In this document: piece by piece, positions 8,468 to 24,274 of the stretch | How the letters are laid out: every line of letters starts with the position of its first letter | Position numbering within the stretch: the stretch's first letter is position 1 | NCBI RefSeq assembly: GCF_008065095.1 | Contig: NZ_CP042911.1 | Location: 4,470,001-4,502,000, forward strand | Origin: Gemmata obscuriglobus | GTDB lineage: Bacteria > Planctomycetota > Planctomycetia > Gemmatales > Gemmataceae | DNA: 32,000 nt | Reading direction: 5' to 3' | The notes under the pieces: model-generated | Databases searched by the model: none | Seen by the model: the letters and a program-made list of their open reading frames with translations, nothing else | Told to the model about the DNA's origin: nothing | Translations under genes and position numbers: made by a program

Positions 8468-9321
8468 CGTGCCCCCCGCCCGAGCCGGCCGCGGGTGGCA
8501 AAGAACTGCCGAACTTCGGCCACAAACGGTTGATCTGTCGGCACGGACAAGTGGTCAACGCCGGCGCGGCGCAACTGCGTCGCGACAGAAGCCGGGTCGG
8601 ACCAGACCCGCCGGCCGTGGCTCACCAGCCGGCGACCCGTTTCCGCCTCGTGCGCCCGAACCAGCCCGGTGCCCCGTAAGCCGACTTCGGCCGGGTCCGT
8701 CAGGTGCAGCGCCACGCACTCGTGCCGTTGCCCGAGCAGGCGCAGCGCCGGGATCGCTTCCGGGTCGTGAAAGTCGCTCAGTACGACCAAAAGTGCGCGC
8801 TCGTTCAGCCGCGGTGCCAACTCGCGGAGCCGGCGCCCGACGGCCGTCGGCTCGTCGTACCGCACCTTGCGCAACTGATGCAGCCACACCCACACCTTAT
8901 CTGGCGCAAGGCTCGGTGCGATCTGGAGGTCGCGCCCCCCGCCCCCGACCAGTCCGACCGGCGAGGCCCGGTCCAGGGACGCAAGTGCGAGCCCGCCGGC
9001 GAGGTGGACCGCGACCTCGTACTTGCTGCGCCGGATCGAGGACACCGCCATTGAGGCCGACGTGTCCACCACCAAGAAGCACGGCATCCGCTTCGGGGTC
9101 TCGTACTCCTTGACGAACGCCCGGCCGGTGCGGGCGGTGATGCGCCAGTCGATGGACCGCACGGGATCGCCCGGCTGGTACAGGCGCGACTGCACGTATT
9201 CGGTTCCCGACCCCAGGTACGGGGACCGGTCGGTCCCGTAGCCGAGGCTGTCCGCCAGTTTCCGAACCGCGATCTGAAACTGGCGTGCGTCGAGCGTGGC
9301 GGGTTCAAGCGTTCCCGTCAT
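8464..9321 (-). CDS. DUF58-domain protein (VWA-like, MoxR-associated)
   Basis: YQPGDPVRSIDWRITARTGRAFVKEYE and VVDTSASM motifs, typical of DUF58. AGGAG upstream of ATG 9321. Confidence 0.85.
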   Translation of the reverse strand: MTGTLEPATLDARQFQIAVRKLADSLGYGTDRSPYLGSGTEYVQSRLYQPGDPVRSIDWRITARTGRAFVKEYETPKRMPCFLVVDTSASMAVSSIRRSKYEVAVHLAGGLALASLDRASPVGLVGGGGRDLQIAPSLAPDKVWVWLHQLRKVRYDEPTAVGRRLRELAPRLNERALLVVLSDFHDPEAIPALRLLGQRHECVALHLTDPAEVGLRGTGLVRAHEAETGRRLVSHGRRVWSDPASVATQLRRAGVDHLSVPTDQPFVAEVRQFFATRGRLGRGAR

Positions 9322-9353
9322 CGGTGGCTCCTGTCGTGCTCAGAGGAAGGTGC

Positions 9354-10382
9354 TCACGCCGCGGCGGCCGGTGCGCCGAGGTCGGTGAGGATCTCGTTGA
9401 GCACGCCGGCGGCAGTTCGGCCGTCGGCCAGCGCCTCGTAGCTGAGGCGGATGCGGTGCAAGAGAACGTCCTGGGCCAGGGCGAACAGGTCTTCAGGCAC
9501 CACGTACCCGCGCCCGCGGACCAGCGCCCGCGCGCGGGACGACTTGACCAGCGCGATGCCGGCCCGCGGGCTGGCGCCGAACTCGATGGCGGGGTGCCGC
9601 CGGGTCAGGTTCACGACCTCCACCACGTGCCGCAGGACCGCCTCGCTGGTGTGGACGGTCGGAACCGCCTCCATGCACCGCACGAGGTCCTCGACCGTGC
9701 CGACCGCGCCGCCCCCGATGGCATCGAACTCGGTGCGGGCGGTGGCGCCGCGGTCCTCGCGCTGGACGCCGAGCGCGAGGTTGCGGCGTAGCACCTCGAA
9801 CTCTTGATCCGGGGTCGGGTACTCGAGCCGGTGGCACAGCATGAACCGATCGAGTTGCGCCTCGGGCAGCTCGAACGTGCCCGCCTGCTCGACGGGGTTC
9901 TGGGTCGCGATCACCAGGAACGGCGTGGGCAGCCGGTGCGTTTCCTTGCCGATGGTCACTTTGCGCTCTTGCATCGCCTCGAGCAGTGCCGACTGGACCT
10001 TCGGGGCGGCGCGGTTGATCTCGTCCGCGAGCAGCAGGTTGGTGAAGATCGGCCCTTTAACCGTGCGGAACTCGCCGGCGCGGGCGTCCAGGATTTCCGA
10101 GCCGAGGATGTCGGACGGGAGCAAGTCGATGGTGAACTGCACGCGGGCGAAGTCCAGCGCGATCGCGCGCGACATCGCGGAAACGAGTAGCGTTTTCGCC
10201 AGACCGGGTACGCCCTGTAAGAGCAGGTGGCCGCCCGTGAACAGCGCGATCAGCATCCGCTCCACCACGACGTCCTGTCCGACGACGACGTTGGCGATGC
10301 GCTCACGCACCTTGTGCACGAACTGTGCGGAATCCTGGAACGCGGACGATTGCGGCTTCTGGCTGTCAGTCACGTCAAACAC
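9354..10382 (-). CDS. MoxR-family AAA+ ATPase
   Basis: Walker A GVPGLAKT, Walker B LLLADEINRA, and VIATQNP..ELPEAQLDRF, typical of MoxR. GTG start at 10382; GTG 10373 is an alternative. Confidence 0.9.
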   Translation of the reverse strand: MFDVTDSQKPQSSAFQDSAQFVHKVRERIANVVVGQDVVVERMLIALFTGGHLLLQGVPGLAKTLLVSAMSRAIALDFARVQFTIDLLPSDILGSEILDARAGEFRTVKGPIFTNLLLADEINRAAPKVQSALLEAMQERKVTIGKETHRLPTPFLVIATQNPVEQAGTFELPEAQLDRFMLCHRLEYPTPDQEFEVLRRNLALGVQREDRGATARTEFDAIGGGAVGTVEDLVRCMEAVPTVHTSEAVLRHVVEVVNLTRRHPAIEFGASPRAGIALVKSSRARALVRGRGYVVPEDLFALAQDVLLHRIRLSYEALADGRTAAGVLNEILTDLGAPAAAA

Positions 10383-10926
10383 CTAGCGTAATGGGGAGCC
10401 TCGAACGAATCACACGGGGCGAAGTTGGGGTGGTCGCTTCGTGCGCAATCGAGGACACAATTTAGCCACTCGTCGATCGTAAACTCTGTGCTGCGAACAA
10501 TCTGCGACGATCGCCCGCATACGGGACGAGCCAAACGGGCCTCCCTAACAGATGCCACCGCCCTTTACTGCTGTGGTTCCGCTCGGGATGCGGGGCTTGC
10601 TGATCGGCTGGCTGGTGCCGTTTTCGGGGACCCGGATGGCGGGTTCTGGGGCGGCGGTTTTTTCCTCAGCAGATTCCACGCGTCAGTTGCGACGGACAAC
10701 GTCACGCCAAATTTGCGGACACGTGATCGGCCTTTCGTTTGCGGTGTGGCTCGTTGTCAATGAACGATTCGGGTACAAGTGGCATCTCCGAAAGCGGTTG
10801 TGTCACGTTACCGGTATGCCGCGGCCCGCCCTTTCTACTTGTCGGGAAGCCGTTTACCTTGGCTACGCCGTGTGACTCGTGGGTAGCGATGTACCAGCCA
10901 GCGACCCGCTCGGCGGCAGCGAATGT

Positions 10927-10956
10927 CCAGTCGCTGACCAGTCGCCGGCCAGTCCG
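10927..10956. repeat. Three phased 8-mers CCAGTCGC / CCAGTCGC / CCAGTCCG at 11-bp spacing
   Basis: tCCAGTCGCtgaCCAGTCGCcggCCAGTCCGatg, with starts at 10927, 10938 and 10949. It lies in the non-coding gap. Confidence 0.5.
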
Positions 10957-11221
10957 ATGCCATTTTGAGCCGCGTTCATCGCAACCCGTGACTGCTCCGC
11001 GCAGCCGAGAAACTACTGCTGGGCGGCACGGACGCGGTGGTTCCGGGCCGTGCTGGCGCTCCAGCGGCGCGCAACCAAAACAGTGCGCCCGATGTCGGTG
11101 CGGTGCGCATCAGCGCACGCCCTACAGAACTGATGTCAGCGCGCGACAAATCCGGTGTCGCTTGACCTGAGGTGAGCGGTCGGTCAGCGACCGCGGTCGG
11201 AAGGCGTGCGGCGATGAAGGG

Positions 11222-11248
11222 GAAGTCCACGAACGTATCGTGGACTTC
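11222..11248 (-). terminator. Perfect 11-bp hairpin downstream of the zinc-ribbon gene
   Basis: GAAGTCCACGA, loop ACGTA, TCGTGGACTTC. It lies about 30 nt beyond the stop at 11280. There is no U-tract. Confidence 0.45.
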
Positions 11249-11279
11249 ATTGATGAGGGTTGGTCCGAAGTGAAGGGTG

Positions 11280-11819
11280 CTATCGCGCCACGAAGAATCC
11301 GGCGCCGAACGCGAGTGCCATCAGTACGACTGCTGCGCAGGTCAGCAGGGTCGCTTGCTGCGGACTCAGCACGATCACCCGCGGGCCTGTTCTGTGGCTT
11401 GTGGCGGTTCGGTCCGAAACCGCTGGTAAGCTCTCGTCATCTTCCTGTGATGCCGAACTGTTCCCGAACAGTTGCTCAAAATCGTTCTCAAACAGCGGCT
11501 GCTCGGCCGCAGGCGCGGCAGGCGCGACGGGTGCAGGTTTTGCCGCCCGGGGCAGGGCAGGGGCCGCACGGGGCGCTTCGACGCGGGGCGGTTCCAGTAC
11601 CTGAACCTGCGCGGCCGGCTCCGTTAGCCGCTCTGTCACGTTACCGAGCAACTGGTCTACGTCATCAAGGTCGAGTCGCTCGGTTTTTCCGCCTCGCGGG
11701 ATCGGTTCGGGAACCATGACGACGGCGCTGCAGTGCGGGCAGGTCGTTTCGGTTCCGGCTTTGCGGGTTGCGATGCCGAGGAGGCAGTTACAGTAGCCAC
11801 AGCGGAACCGAATAGGCAT
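11280..11819 (-). CDS. Zinc-ribbon protein with a C-terminal TM anchor
   Basis: MPIRFRCGYCNCLLGIATRKAGTETTCPHCSAVVMVPE (CxxC..CxxC). Acidic/Pro-rich linker. C-terminal TM segment LLTCAAVVLMALAFGAGFFV. Start moved from 11837 to ATG 11819, which has GGAGAC upstream. Confidence 0.75.
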   Translation of the reverse strand: MPIRFRCGYCNCLLGIATRKAGTETTCPHCSAVVMVPEPIPRGGKTERLDLDDVDQLLGNVTERLTEPAAQVQVLEPPRVEAPRAAPALPRAAKPAPVAPAAPAAEQPLFENDFEQLFGNSSASQEDDESLPAVSDRTATSHRTGPRVIVLSPQQATLLTCAAVVLMALAFGAGFFVAR

Positions 11820-11992
11820 TCGTGCGTCTCCGACCAACGGCGGCGGGGTGGGTGAGTTGAAACACAGTATACCCGGAGGATCGAACCGCTGCTCCTGACT
11901 TCCGTCGTCCCGTTACAGGCGGAAACTTGATCGGCGGCCCGTCACGGGCGACAATGAAACACCCGCCCCACGCCCCCTGTTGGGTGAATTTA

Positions 11993-14512
11993 ATGATTGC
12001 ACGCACCATACGCTTCGTTCTCTCGGCGGTCCTGCTTGTGGGGGCCTGTGGGCTCGGGTCCGCGGCAGAGGTCGTCATCCTCAAAGACGGGTTCATTATC
12101 CAGGGAACCGTCCGCAAGGAGTCGGAACCCGTTTTTGACAAGGCTTCCGGCACAACCGTTCGGATCGTCAAGGCGAACGGTCTGGACATGATCGACGAGG
12201 GGCCGAAGATCACGATTTTCAGCTCGCACACCAAGCAACTCGGCGAAATCAGCCCGGACATCAAGATCCGGCCGGATTACAAGGCGTATACCACCCAGTT
12301 CCCGGGCCGTAAGTCGGACCAGCCGATCAGCAGCATTGCCTCGATCGTCAAGACCGGCGAGTTTAACGCCAAGTGGGTCCGCACGATCAACGTGAAGGAG
12401 ACGACGGGGGGGGCTAACGTGGTCGACCACCAGATCACGCACATGGACCCGTACTACATCTACATCGTGTCTGCCACACACGCCTGGCGGGGTACATACC
12501 GGACCACCGAATGGGACCCGAAGACCGTTCGCAAGCTGCTCGGGATGCACCCCGAACTCGCCGAGCCGGACGGGAAGTGCGACCCGCTCAAGCGCGTCGC
12601 GATCGGGAAATTCATGCTGGACGCGGGCTGGCTCCAGTCCGCCAAAGATGAGATGGACCGGCTCCGAAAGGACTTCAAAGGCGAAATGAATAAGGAGGCG
12701 AAGGCCGCGCACGAGAAACTGCTCAAGGAGATCGATCAGGCGGTCGCCGAACTGGTGGCGCGCGAGGCGGAACTCGCACTGGCGGCGGGCCGTTACAAGT
12801 ACACGGCCGAGGTTCTCGCGGTCTTTCCCGAGAAGAACGCCGACCCGAAACAGGTGGCGCGGGCGGCGAAGGTGGGGGCGGACCTCAAGATCGGTCAGGA
12901 GCGGTACAACGCCGCCCGCCGGTTGCTTGGAGCGCTGATCGAGACCGTTTCCGGTGCCCGCGGCGCGCTACCATTCGTTGCCGCGGGCGGGGGCGGGGCG
13001 ATGGCGGCGTGGGCACCGCCCAAGGAGGTGTCGGCGGAGTCGCTCGCGCTGGTGGAGGCCGCCCGGTACGTGTTCGCGGAACTGCACCCCGATTCGGCCC
13101 TTCGGATCGAGACGTTCGTGACACTCGCCGCGCAGGCCGAGCGCGAGCGGGCCGCCGACAAGGAGCCGACCAAGAAGCCGAACGAACTGCTCGCGACCGC
13201 CATCAGCGGGTGGGTCACCGGGCGCAACGGCGCCAACCCCAACACCGAAATCGCTCTGAAAATCTGGGCGGCGCGTGACCTGATCCTCGCGCACCAGCGC
13301 AGCGACACCATCGCCGGCCGGAACGAGCTGTTGAAGCAGTTCAAGAAGAACATGGTTCTGGAGCCGCAGCAGCTTGCACAGATCATCTCGCTGCTCCCCC
13401 CGGTCGATCCCGAGGATCTGGCGAACCGGTCCGGTAAGGCGGTCGAACTCGGGAAGGGCGGGCCGGCCGGCGTGTACCGCCGCAAGTCGGCCCCGGTGAG
13501 CGGGTACCCCACCGGAATCGATTACCTCGTCAAGCTGCCGCCCGAGTACCACCACGGCCGCGCGTACCCGATCATCATCGCGCTGACGGCGCCGGGCATC
13601 GACGCGGAGCAGGTGCTCGCGCCGCTCATGACCGAGGCCGACAAAAACGGGTACATCGTGATCGCCCCGGAGTGGGTGAGCCACTTTGAGAAGACCGGCT
13701 GGCAGTGGCGCGGCGAGGACCACGTCCTGGTGACCGCGACCCTGCGCGACGCGGTCCGGCACTTCACCGTCGATAACGACCGGGTGTTCATGCTCGGCGT
13801 CGGGGACGGGGGGAACATGGCGATGGACATCGGCACGTCGCACCCGGACCTCTTCGCCGGTGTGATCCCGATCGCCCCGATTCCGAAGTGGCAGGGGCAG
13901 TTCATCGAGTCGTGGCGCAACGCCCAGAAGCTGCCGTTCTACGTGGTCACCGGCGAGATGGCGGGCCAGTCCGTCACCGCCATGCGGAACATCTTCGAGC
14001 CCTGGACGCGCCACGGGTTCCCGGCGGTGATGAGCGTGTACAAGGGGCGGGCGGTGGAGTGGTACTCGGCCGAAGCGCCGGTCATGTTCGACTGGATGAG
14101 CCGCAAGAAGCGGATCAACGGTGCGGCCACCCTCGCCCTCGGCACCTACCGGCAGCCGTGGGTGATGCTCCGCGAGAGCGACAGCCGGTTCTACTGGCTC
14201 CAGGCGGACAAGGCGAACCCGGGGCACTCCGGCGGCGCGGTCGTGGCGGCAACGATTCAGGGGGACATCCGCGGCAACAACCTGCTCGATCTCAAGACGT
14301 TCCGGGTGCAGCGCCTGTCGGTCTGGCTCGGCGCGGACATGATCGACTGGGCGAAGCCGGTGCGGGTTCAGCTCAACGGGCGGACCCCGGAGGGCTGGAA
14401 CAAGCCGAAGGCGATCGAGCCGGACGTGGAGGTGCTGCTCGAAGACTACTTCCAGCGCGGGGACCGGCGGATGCTGTTTCTGAACAAGATCGAACTCTCC
14501 GGAACGCGGTAG
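11993..14512 (+). CDS. Secreted 839-aa protein with a C-terminal alpha/beta-hydrolase (esterase/peptidase)-like domain
   Basis: ORF 11927-14512. ATG 11993 gives MIARTIRFVLSAVLLVGACGLGSAAE (signal peptide). The C-terminal YPIIIALTAPG...GYIVIAPEW...VDNDRVFMLGVGDGGNMAMDIGTSHPDLFAGVIPIAP matches the esterase/PHB-depolymerase-type fold pattern. Confidence 0.8.
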   Translation: MIARTIRFVLSAVLLVGACGLGSAAEVVILKDGFIIQGTVRKESEPVFDKASGTTVRIVKANGLDMIDEGPKITIFSSHTKQLGEISPDIKIRPDYKAYTTQFPGRKSDQPISSIASIVKTGEFNAKWVRTINVKETTGGANVVDHQITHMDPYYIYIVSATHAWRGTYRTTEWDPKTVRKLLGMHPELAEPDGKCDPLKRVAIGKFMLDAGWLQSAKDEMDRLRKDFKGEMNKEAKAAHEKLLKEIDQAVAELVAREAELALAAGRYKYTAEVLAVFPEKNADPKQVARAAKVGADLKIGQERYNAARRLLGALIETVSGARGALPFVAAGGGGAMAAWAPPKEVSAESLALVEAARYVFAELHPDSALRIETFVTLAAQAERERAADKEPTKKPNELLATAISGWVTGRNGANPNTEIALKIWAARDLILAHQRSDTIAGRNELLKQFKKNMVLEPQQLAQIISLLPPVDPEDLANRSGKAVELGKGGPAGVYRRKSAPVSGYPTGIDYLVKLPPEYHHGRAYPIIIALTAPGIDAEQVLAPLMTEADKNGYIVIAPEWVSHFEKTGWQWRGEDHVLVTATLRDAVRHFTVDNDRVFMLGVGDGGNMAMDIGTSHPDLFAGVIPIAPIPKWQGQFIESWRNAQKLPFYVVTGEMAGQSVTAMRNIFEPWTRHGFPAVMSVYKGRAVEWYSAEAPVMFDWMSRKKRINGAATLALGTYRQPWVMLRESDSRFYWLQADKANPGHSGGAVVAATIQGDIRGNNLLDLKTFRVQRLSVWLGADMIDWAKPVRVQLNGRTPEGWNKPKAIEPDVEVLLEDYFQRGDRRMLFLNKIELSGTR

Positions 14513-14546
14513 CCCGGGTTCCGGCCGTTCCGATGCTGACGTGCCA

Positions 14547-14568
14547 CCCGCCGGCTTCGGCCGGCGGG
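14547..14568. terminator. GC-rich hairpin with a TTCG loop between convergent genes
   Basis: CCCGCCGGC-TTCG-GCCGGCGGG, a perfect 9-bp stem. It lies between the stops at 14512 (+) and 14590 (-). There is no U-tract on either strand. Confidence 0.45.
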
Positions 14569-14589
14569 CGTGGTCTCGGCGCTTCCGGG

Positions 14590-21741
<7,152 letters not shown>

Positions 21742-21978
21742 GAGTCGAGGCTCCTCCGTGAGGGAGTGTGTAACCGTTTGGCGACCGCGGCCGGCGGAGA
21801 AGGGTACAGATGGTTAGTATACGCGCGGCAACTGGGCGAGAATAGGCGGACCCGGTTGAGATCCGTCCGCTTGTGGCGCCTCGCCCGGCGGAATCCGCAG
21901 GTTTCATTCCCAAGCGCTGTAACCGTCAGCGTGATATAGTTTTTCACACCGGCTCGCGACCCGTTTTCGGCTGTTCCG

Positions 21979-22004
21979 GGAACTTCGGCTCGGGCTACAA
22001 CGTC
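21979..22004 (+). promoter_or_regulatory. Candidate ECF-type (autoregulatory) promoter GGAAC-N17-CGTC
   Basis: GGAACttcggctcgggctacaaCGTC ends 20 nt upstream of the GTG start of the ECF sigma gene. It matches the general ECF -35 GGAAC / -10 CGTC pattern. Confidence 0.4.
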
Positions 22005-22024
22005 GAAGGCATAGAAGTGAGGCC

Positions 22025-22762
22025 GTGAGCGACGACGATCGCAGGCTCATTGCGGAGTGTCTGGGCGGCCAGCGGGATGCCTTCGGTACGTTGGTATCCC
22101 GTTACCAGACAAGGTTATACAACTCCGCGTTGCGCCTGGTTAACAGCCCTGAAGACGCCGCCGATGTCGTTCAGGACGCGTTCCTGAGCGCGTATCAGGC
22201 TTTGTCGTCGTTCAAGGGGGATGCGGAGTTTTTTACCTGGCTGTATCGGATCGCGTTCAACATCGCGGTGAGTTTGAAACGGAAGCGCCGGCCGTCGGTC
22301 AGCCTGGAGAACTACTCGCAGCAAACCGGTCTCGATCCTGACGACCCTTCGGAGTACGTCAAGCCGAGCGCGGCTCTTGAGCGTACCGAAGACGAGCGGC
22401 AGTTGCACGGCGCGATCGCGCGACTGTCGTCCGAGCACCGTGAGGTGCTGCTCCTGAAGGACATCGACGGCTTGAAGTACGAGGACATCGCCGAGGCGCT
22501 CGGCGTACCGATCGGAACGATCCGCAGTCGGCTGCACCGGGCTCGTCTCGAACTCCGTGACTTGCTGGCCGCCCCAGACGAGCGCGAGTTGTGGGGCGGT
22601 GCCGGCCCCGGGGCTCAAGAAGAGGTCGGTAGCGACCGTAAGCAGGACACAAGTGAGGATGTGGCACCGCTGCGTGCGAGTGGAGCGGCTGGAAAACCCG
22701 AGACCCCGAGAGCGAAGGACGTACAAGCCCAACCCCGGCTGAACGGCGGTCGGAGGGACTGA
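22025..22762 (+). CDS. ECF-type RNA polymerase sigma-70 factor with a ~55-aa low-complexity C-terminal tail
   Basis: Region 2 (DAADVVQDAFLSAYQAL..FFTWLYRIAFN) and region 4 (EHREVLLLKDIDGLKYEDIAEALGVPIGTIRSRLHRAR). GTG start with GAGG upstream. Confidence 0.85.
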   Translation: MSDDDRRLIAECLGGQRDAFGTLVSRYQTRLYNSALRLVNSPEDAADVVQDAFLSAYQALSSFKGDAEFFTWLYRIAFNIAVSLKRKRRPSVSLENYSQQTGLDPDDPSEYVKPSAALERTEDERQLHGAIARLSSEHREVLLLKDIDGLKYEDIAEALGVPIGTIRSRLHRARLELRDLLAAPDERELWGGAGPGAQEEVGSDRKQDTSEDVAPLRASGAAGKPETPRAKDVQAQPRLNGGRRD

Positions 22763-22771
22763 GGCCCGATT

Positions 22772-24151
22772 ATGACTGCTTCCCAACTTCAACTCATTAC
22801 CGCTGCCGTGGACGGGGAACTGTCCGCGGACGAGGCCCGCGCCTTCCGCACCTTGCTCGCCTCTTCCACCGAGGCCCAGAGCTTGTTCGCGAAGTTGGAG
22901 GCCGATCGCGCTCGCGTTCTCGCCCTGACACCGGTTGCCCCGCCCTTCGACCTGCACACACGCATCATGGGGCAGATCGCCGCGGCCACCCCGGCGCCAC
23001 ACGTCAAGCGTGCCCGGCCGGCGTTAGTCCCGGCATCGGTGATCGTTCCGCTCAGCCGGGTGTACCCGGCACGTCGCCGCACCTGGGTGCCGGCGGCTGT
23101 TGCGGCCGGGCTGTTACTCGGCGTCGCACTCGGATCGTTCGCCTTCTTTCGAAACAATACCCCTTCGCAGCAGTTCGCTCAGCCCCAGTGGTCGAACACA
23201 CTGCCCGCACCGAACGATGTCCGCTCAGCCGTGCCGTCGCCGGCCCCTGATGCGGGCCGGCACACGGATCGTGGCGTGGTTGTTCGAGGAGGTGAGTCGC
23301 CTGTGCCGCCGGCTCCGACCCCGCACGAAGTTCCCCCCGTGGCGTTCGCCACGGCGCCACCTCCACGGACCGTCAGAACGGATCTGATCGGGTTCCCGGT
23401 CCTGCCGAAGCTTCCGCCGTTCGAGCGGATCGAAGTGAGAGTACCGTTCCTCCGTCCGGTCGCGGACCTTGGTCGCGAGGACGTGAGCAACGAACTGCTC
23501 GACGCAATCGGGCGAGAGACCTCGGACGCTTCACCTGTGCGGTTCGACCTGTTCGTGCGTGACCCCGCTCGCGGCGTCGAGATGTTGCAGCACGCGGCCC
23601 GCGCGAGCGGCGTGACGGTTCACGCAGATGCCACAACGCTCGATCGGCTCAAGAAGAAACAGGTACACTCAGCGGTGGTGTACACCGAATGTCTTACTGC
23701 AAAAGAGCTTGCCGCGCTGTTTGCCAAGGTCGCGGTTGAGGATGCCAAATACTCGCCACGTGTCGGTGATTCGCTGCACGCTGCCGCCGTCGTGCGATCC
23801 GACGAACTCGAACTGAAGACGGTTTTGGGTGTGGATGTCGGGCTTTACAAACGTCCGGCGGGCAACAGTTCACACGGCAGCGGCGGGGCCGATCGTGTCG
23901 TTCCTCCAGGTAAAGCAGTCAGCGCCAACACGCTCGATCAGGTGGTTCAATCGGTGTCGGGAGGGAGCACACCGCCAGCCCCTAAAGCGCAGGAGAGGCC
24001 GATGGTGCTGCTGACGTGGCAAACGACTCACCCCGGTATTCCGCGCACGAACCCGCTACAGTCTGTGGAACTCAAGCAGTACCTCCAGAAACGCGGGATA
24101 CGCAAGTCCGCAGCCGTTCCGGCACTCATTATCATCCGTCCGGCCGGGTGA
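22772..24151 (+). CDS. Single-pass anti-sigma factor (non-zinc N-terminal domain) with a ~330-aa extracytoplasmic domain of unknown type
   Basis: LITAAVDGELSADEARAFRTLLASSTEAQSLFAKLEADRARV resembles an anti-sigma N-terminal helix pattern without the H..C..C motif. TM segment WVPAAVAAGLLLGVALGSFAFF. It begins 9 nt after the sigma gene stop. Confidence 0.65.
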   Translation: MTASQLQLITAAVDGELSADEARAFRTLLASSTEAQSLFAKLEADRARVLALTPVAPPFDLHTRIMGQIAAATPAPHVKRARPALVPASVIVPLSRVYPARRRTWVPAAVAAGLLLGVALGSFAFFRNNTPSQQFAQPQWSNTLPAPNDVRSAVPSPAPDAGRHTDRGVVVRGGESPVPPAPTPHEVPPVAFATAPPPRTVRTDLIGFPVLPKLPPFERIEVRVPFLRPVADLGREDVSNELLDAIGRETSDASPVRFDLFVRDPARGVEMLQHAARASGVTVHADATTLDRLKKKQVHSAVVYTECLTAKELAALFAKVAVEDAKYSPRVGDSLHAAAVVRSDELELKTVLGVDVGLYKRPAGNSSHGSGGADRVVPPGKAVSANTLDQVVQSVSGGSTPPAPKAQERPMVLLTWQTTHPGIPRTNPLQSVELKQYLQKRGIRKSAAVPALIIIRPAG

Positions 24152-24162
24152 CCAATAAGTCC

Positions 24163-24210
24163 TCGGTGTGTGGGCGGCACGGTACTGCCCACACACCGAC
24201 TTACTTTTCG
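24163..24210 (+). terminator. Rho-independent terminator after the anti-sigma gene
   Basis: A 13-bp stem TCGGTGTGTGGGC (24163-24175) / GCCCACACACCGA (24187-24199) is followed by CTTACTTTTCG. Confidence 0.65.
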
Positions 24211-24274
24211 TGCCGTAACCCCTTTGTAACGTCTGGCCGTTCCTCAAAACGCCTTCCATCGCCACCTCGTCATA

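Noticed and set aside
10425-11230. ORFs 10425-10763, 10552-10875, 10739-11170 (+) and 10976-11230 (-) in the long gap; also a 44-aa GTG ORF on the minus strand at 10545-10679
   Set aside because: The translations are Cys/Arg/Ser-rich and implausible. Third-position GC is only about 60-70%, against much higher values in the neighbouring genes. No SD or known motif was seen. They cannot be excluded without homology searches.
11215-11232. GGGGAAGTCCAC, reminiscent of the RNase P RNA GGAAAGUCC core
   Set aside because: Other conserved RNase P elements are not present in the correct order or orientation. The string is simply one arm of the 11-bp hairpin at 11222-11248.
11872-11900. tRNA T-loop-like string (minus strand GCGGTTCGATCCTCCGGGT) between the divergent genes
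   Set aside because: The flanking 5-nt segments (AGCGG / CTCCG) do not pair as a T-stem. No acceptor or anticodon arms can be drawn. At most it is a degenerate remnant.
21804-21822. Possible SOS/LexA-type operator GTACAGATGGTTAGTATAC upstream of uvrA; also the GCGGAC-N13-GTCCGC inverted repeat at 21846-21870
   Set aside because: Only the outer 3-5 nt are palindromic. It does not match any LexA-box consensus I know (CTGT-N8-ACAG, GAAC-N4-GTTC, GTTC-N7-GTTC or the cyanobacterial RGTAC-N3-DGTWCB). The planctomycete LexA motif is not known to me.
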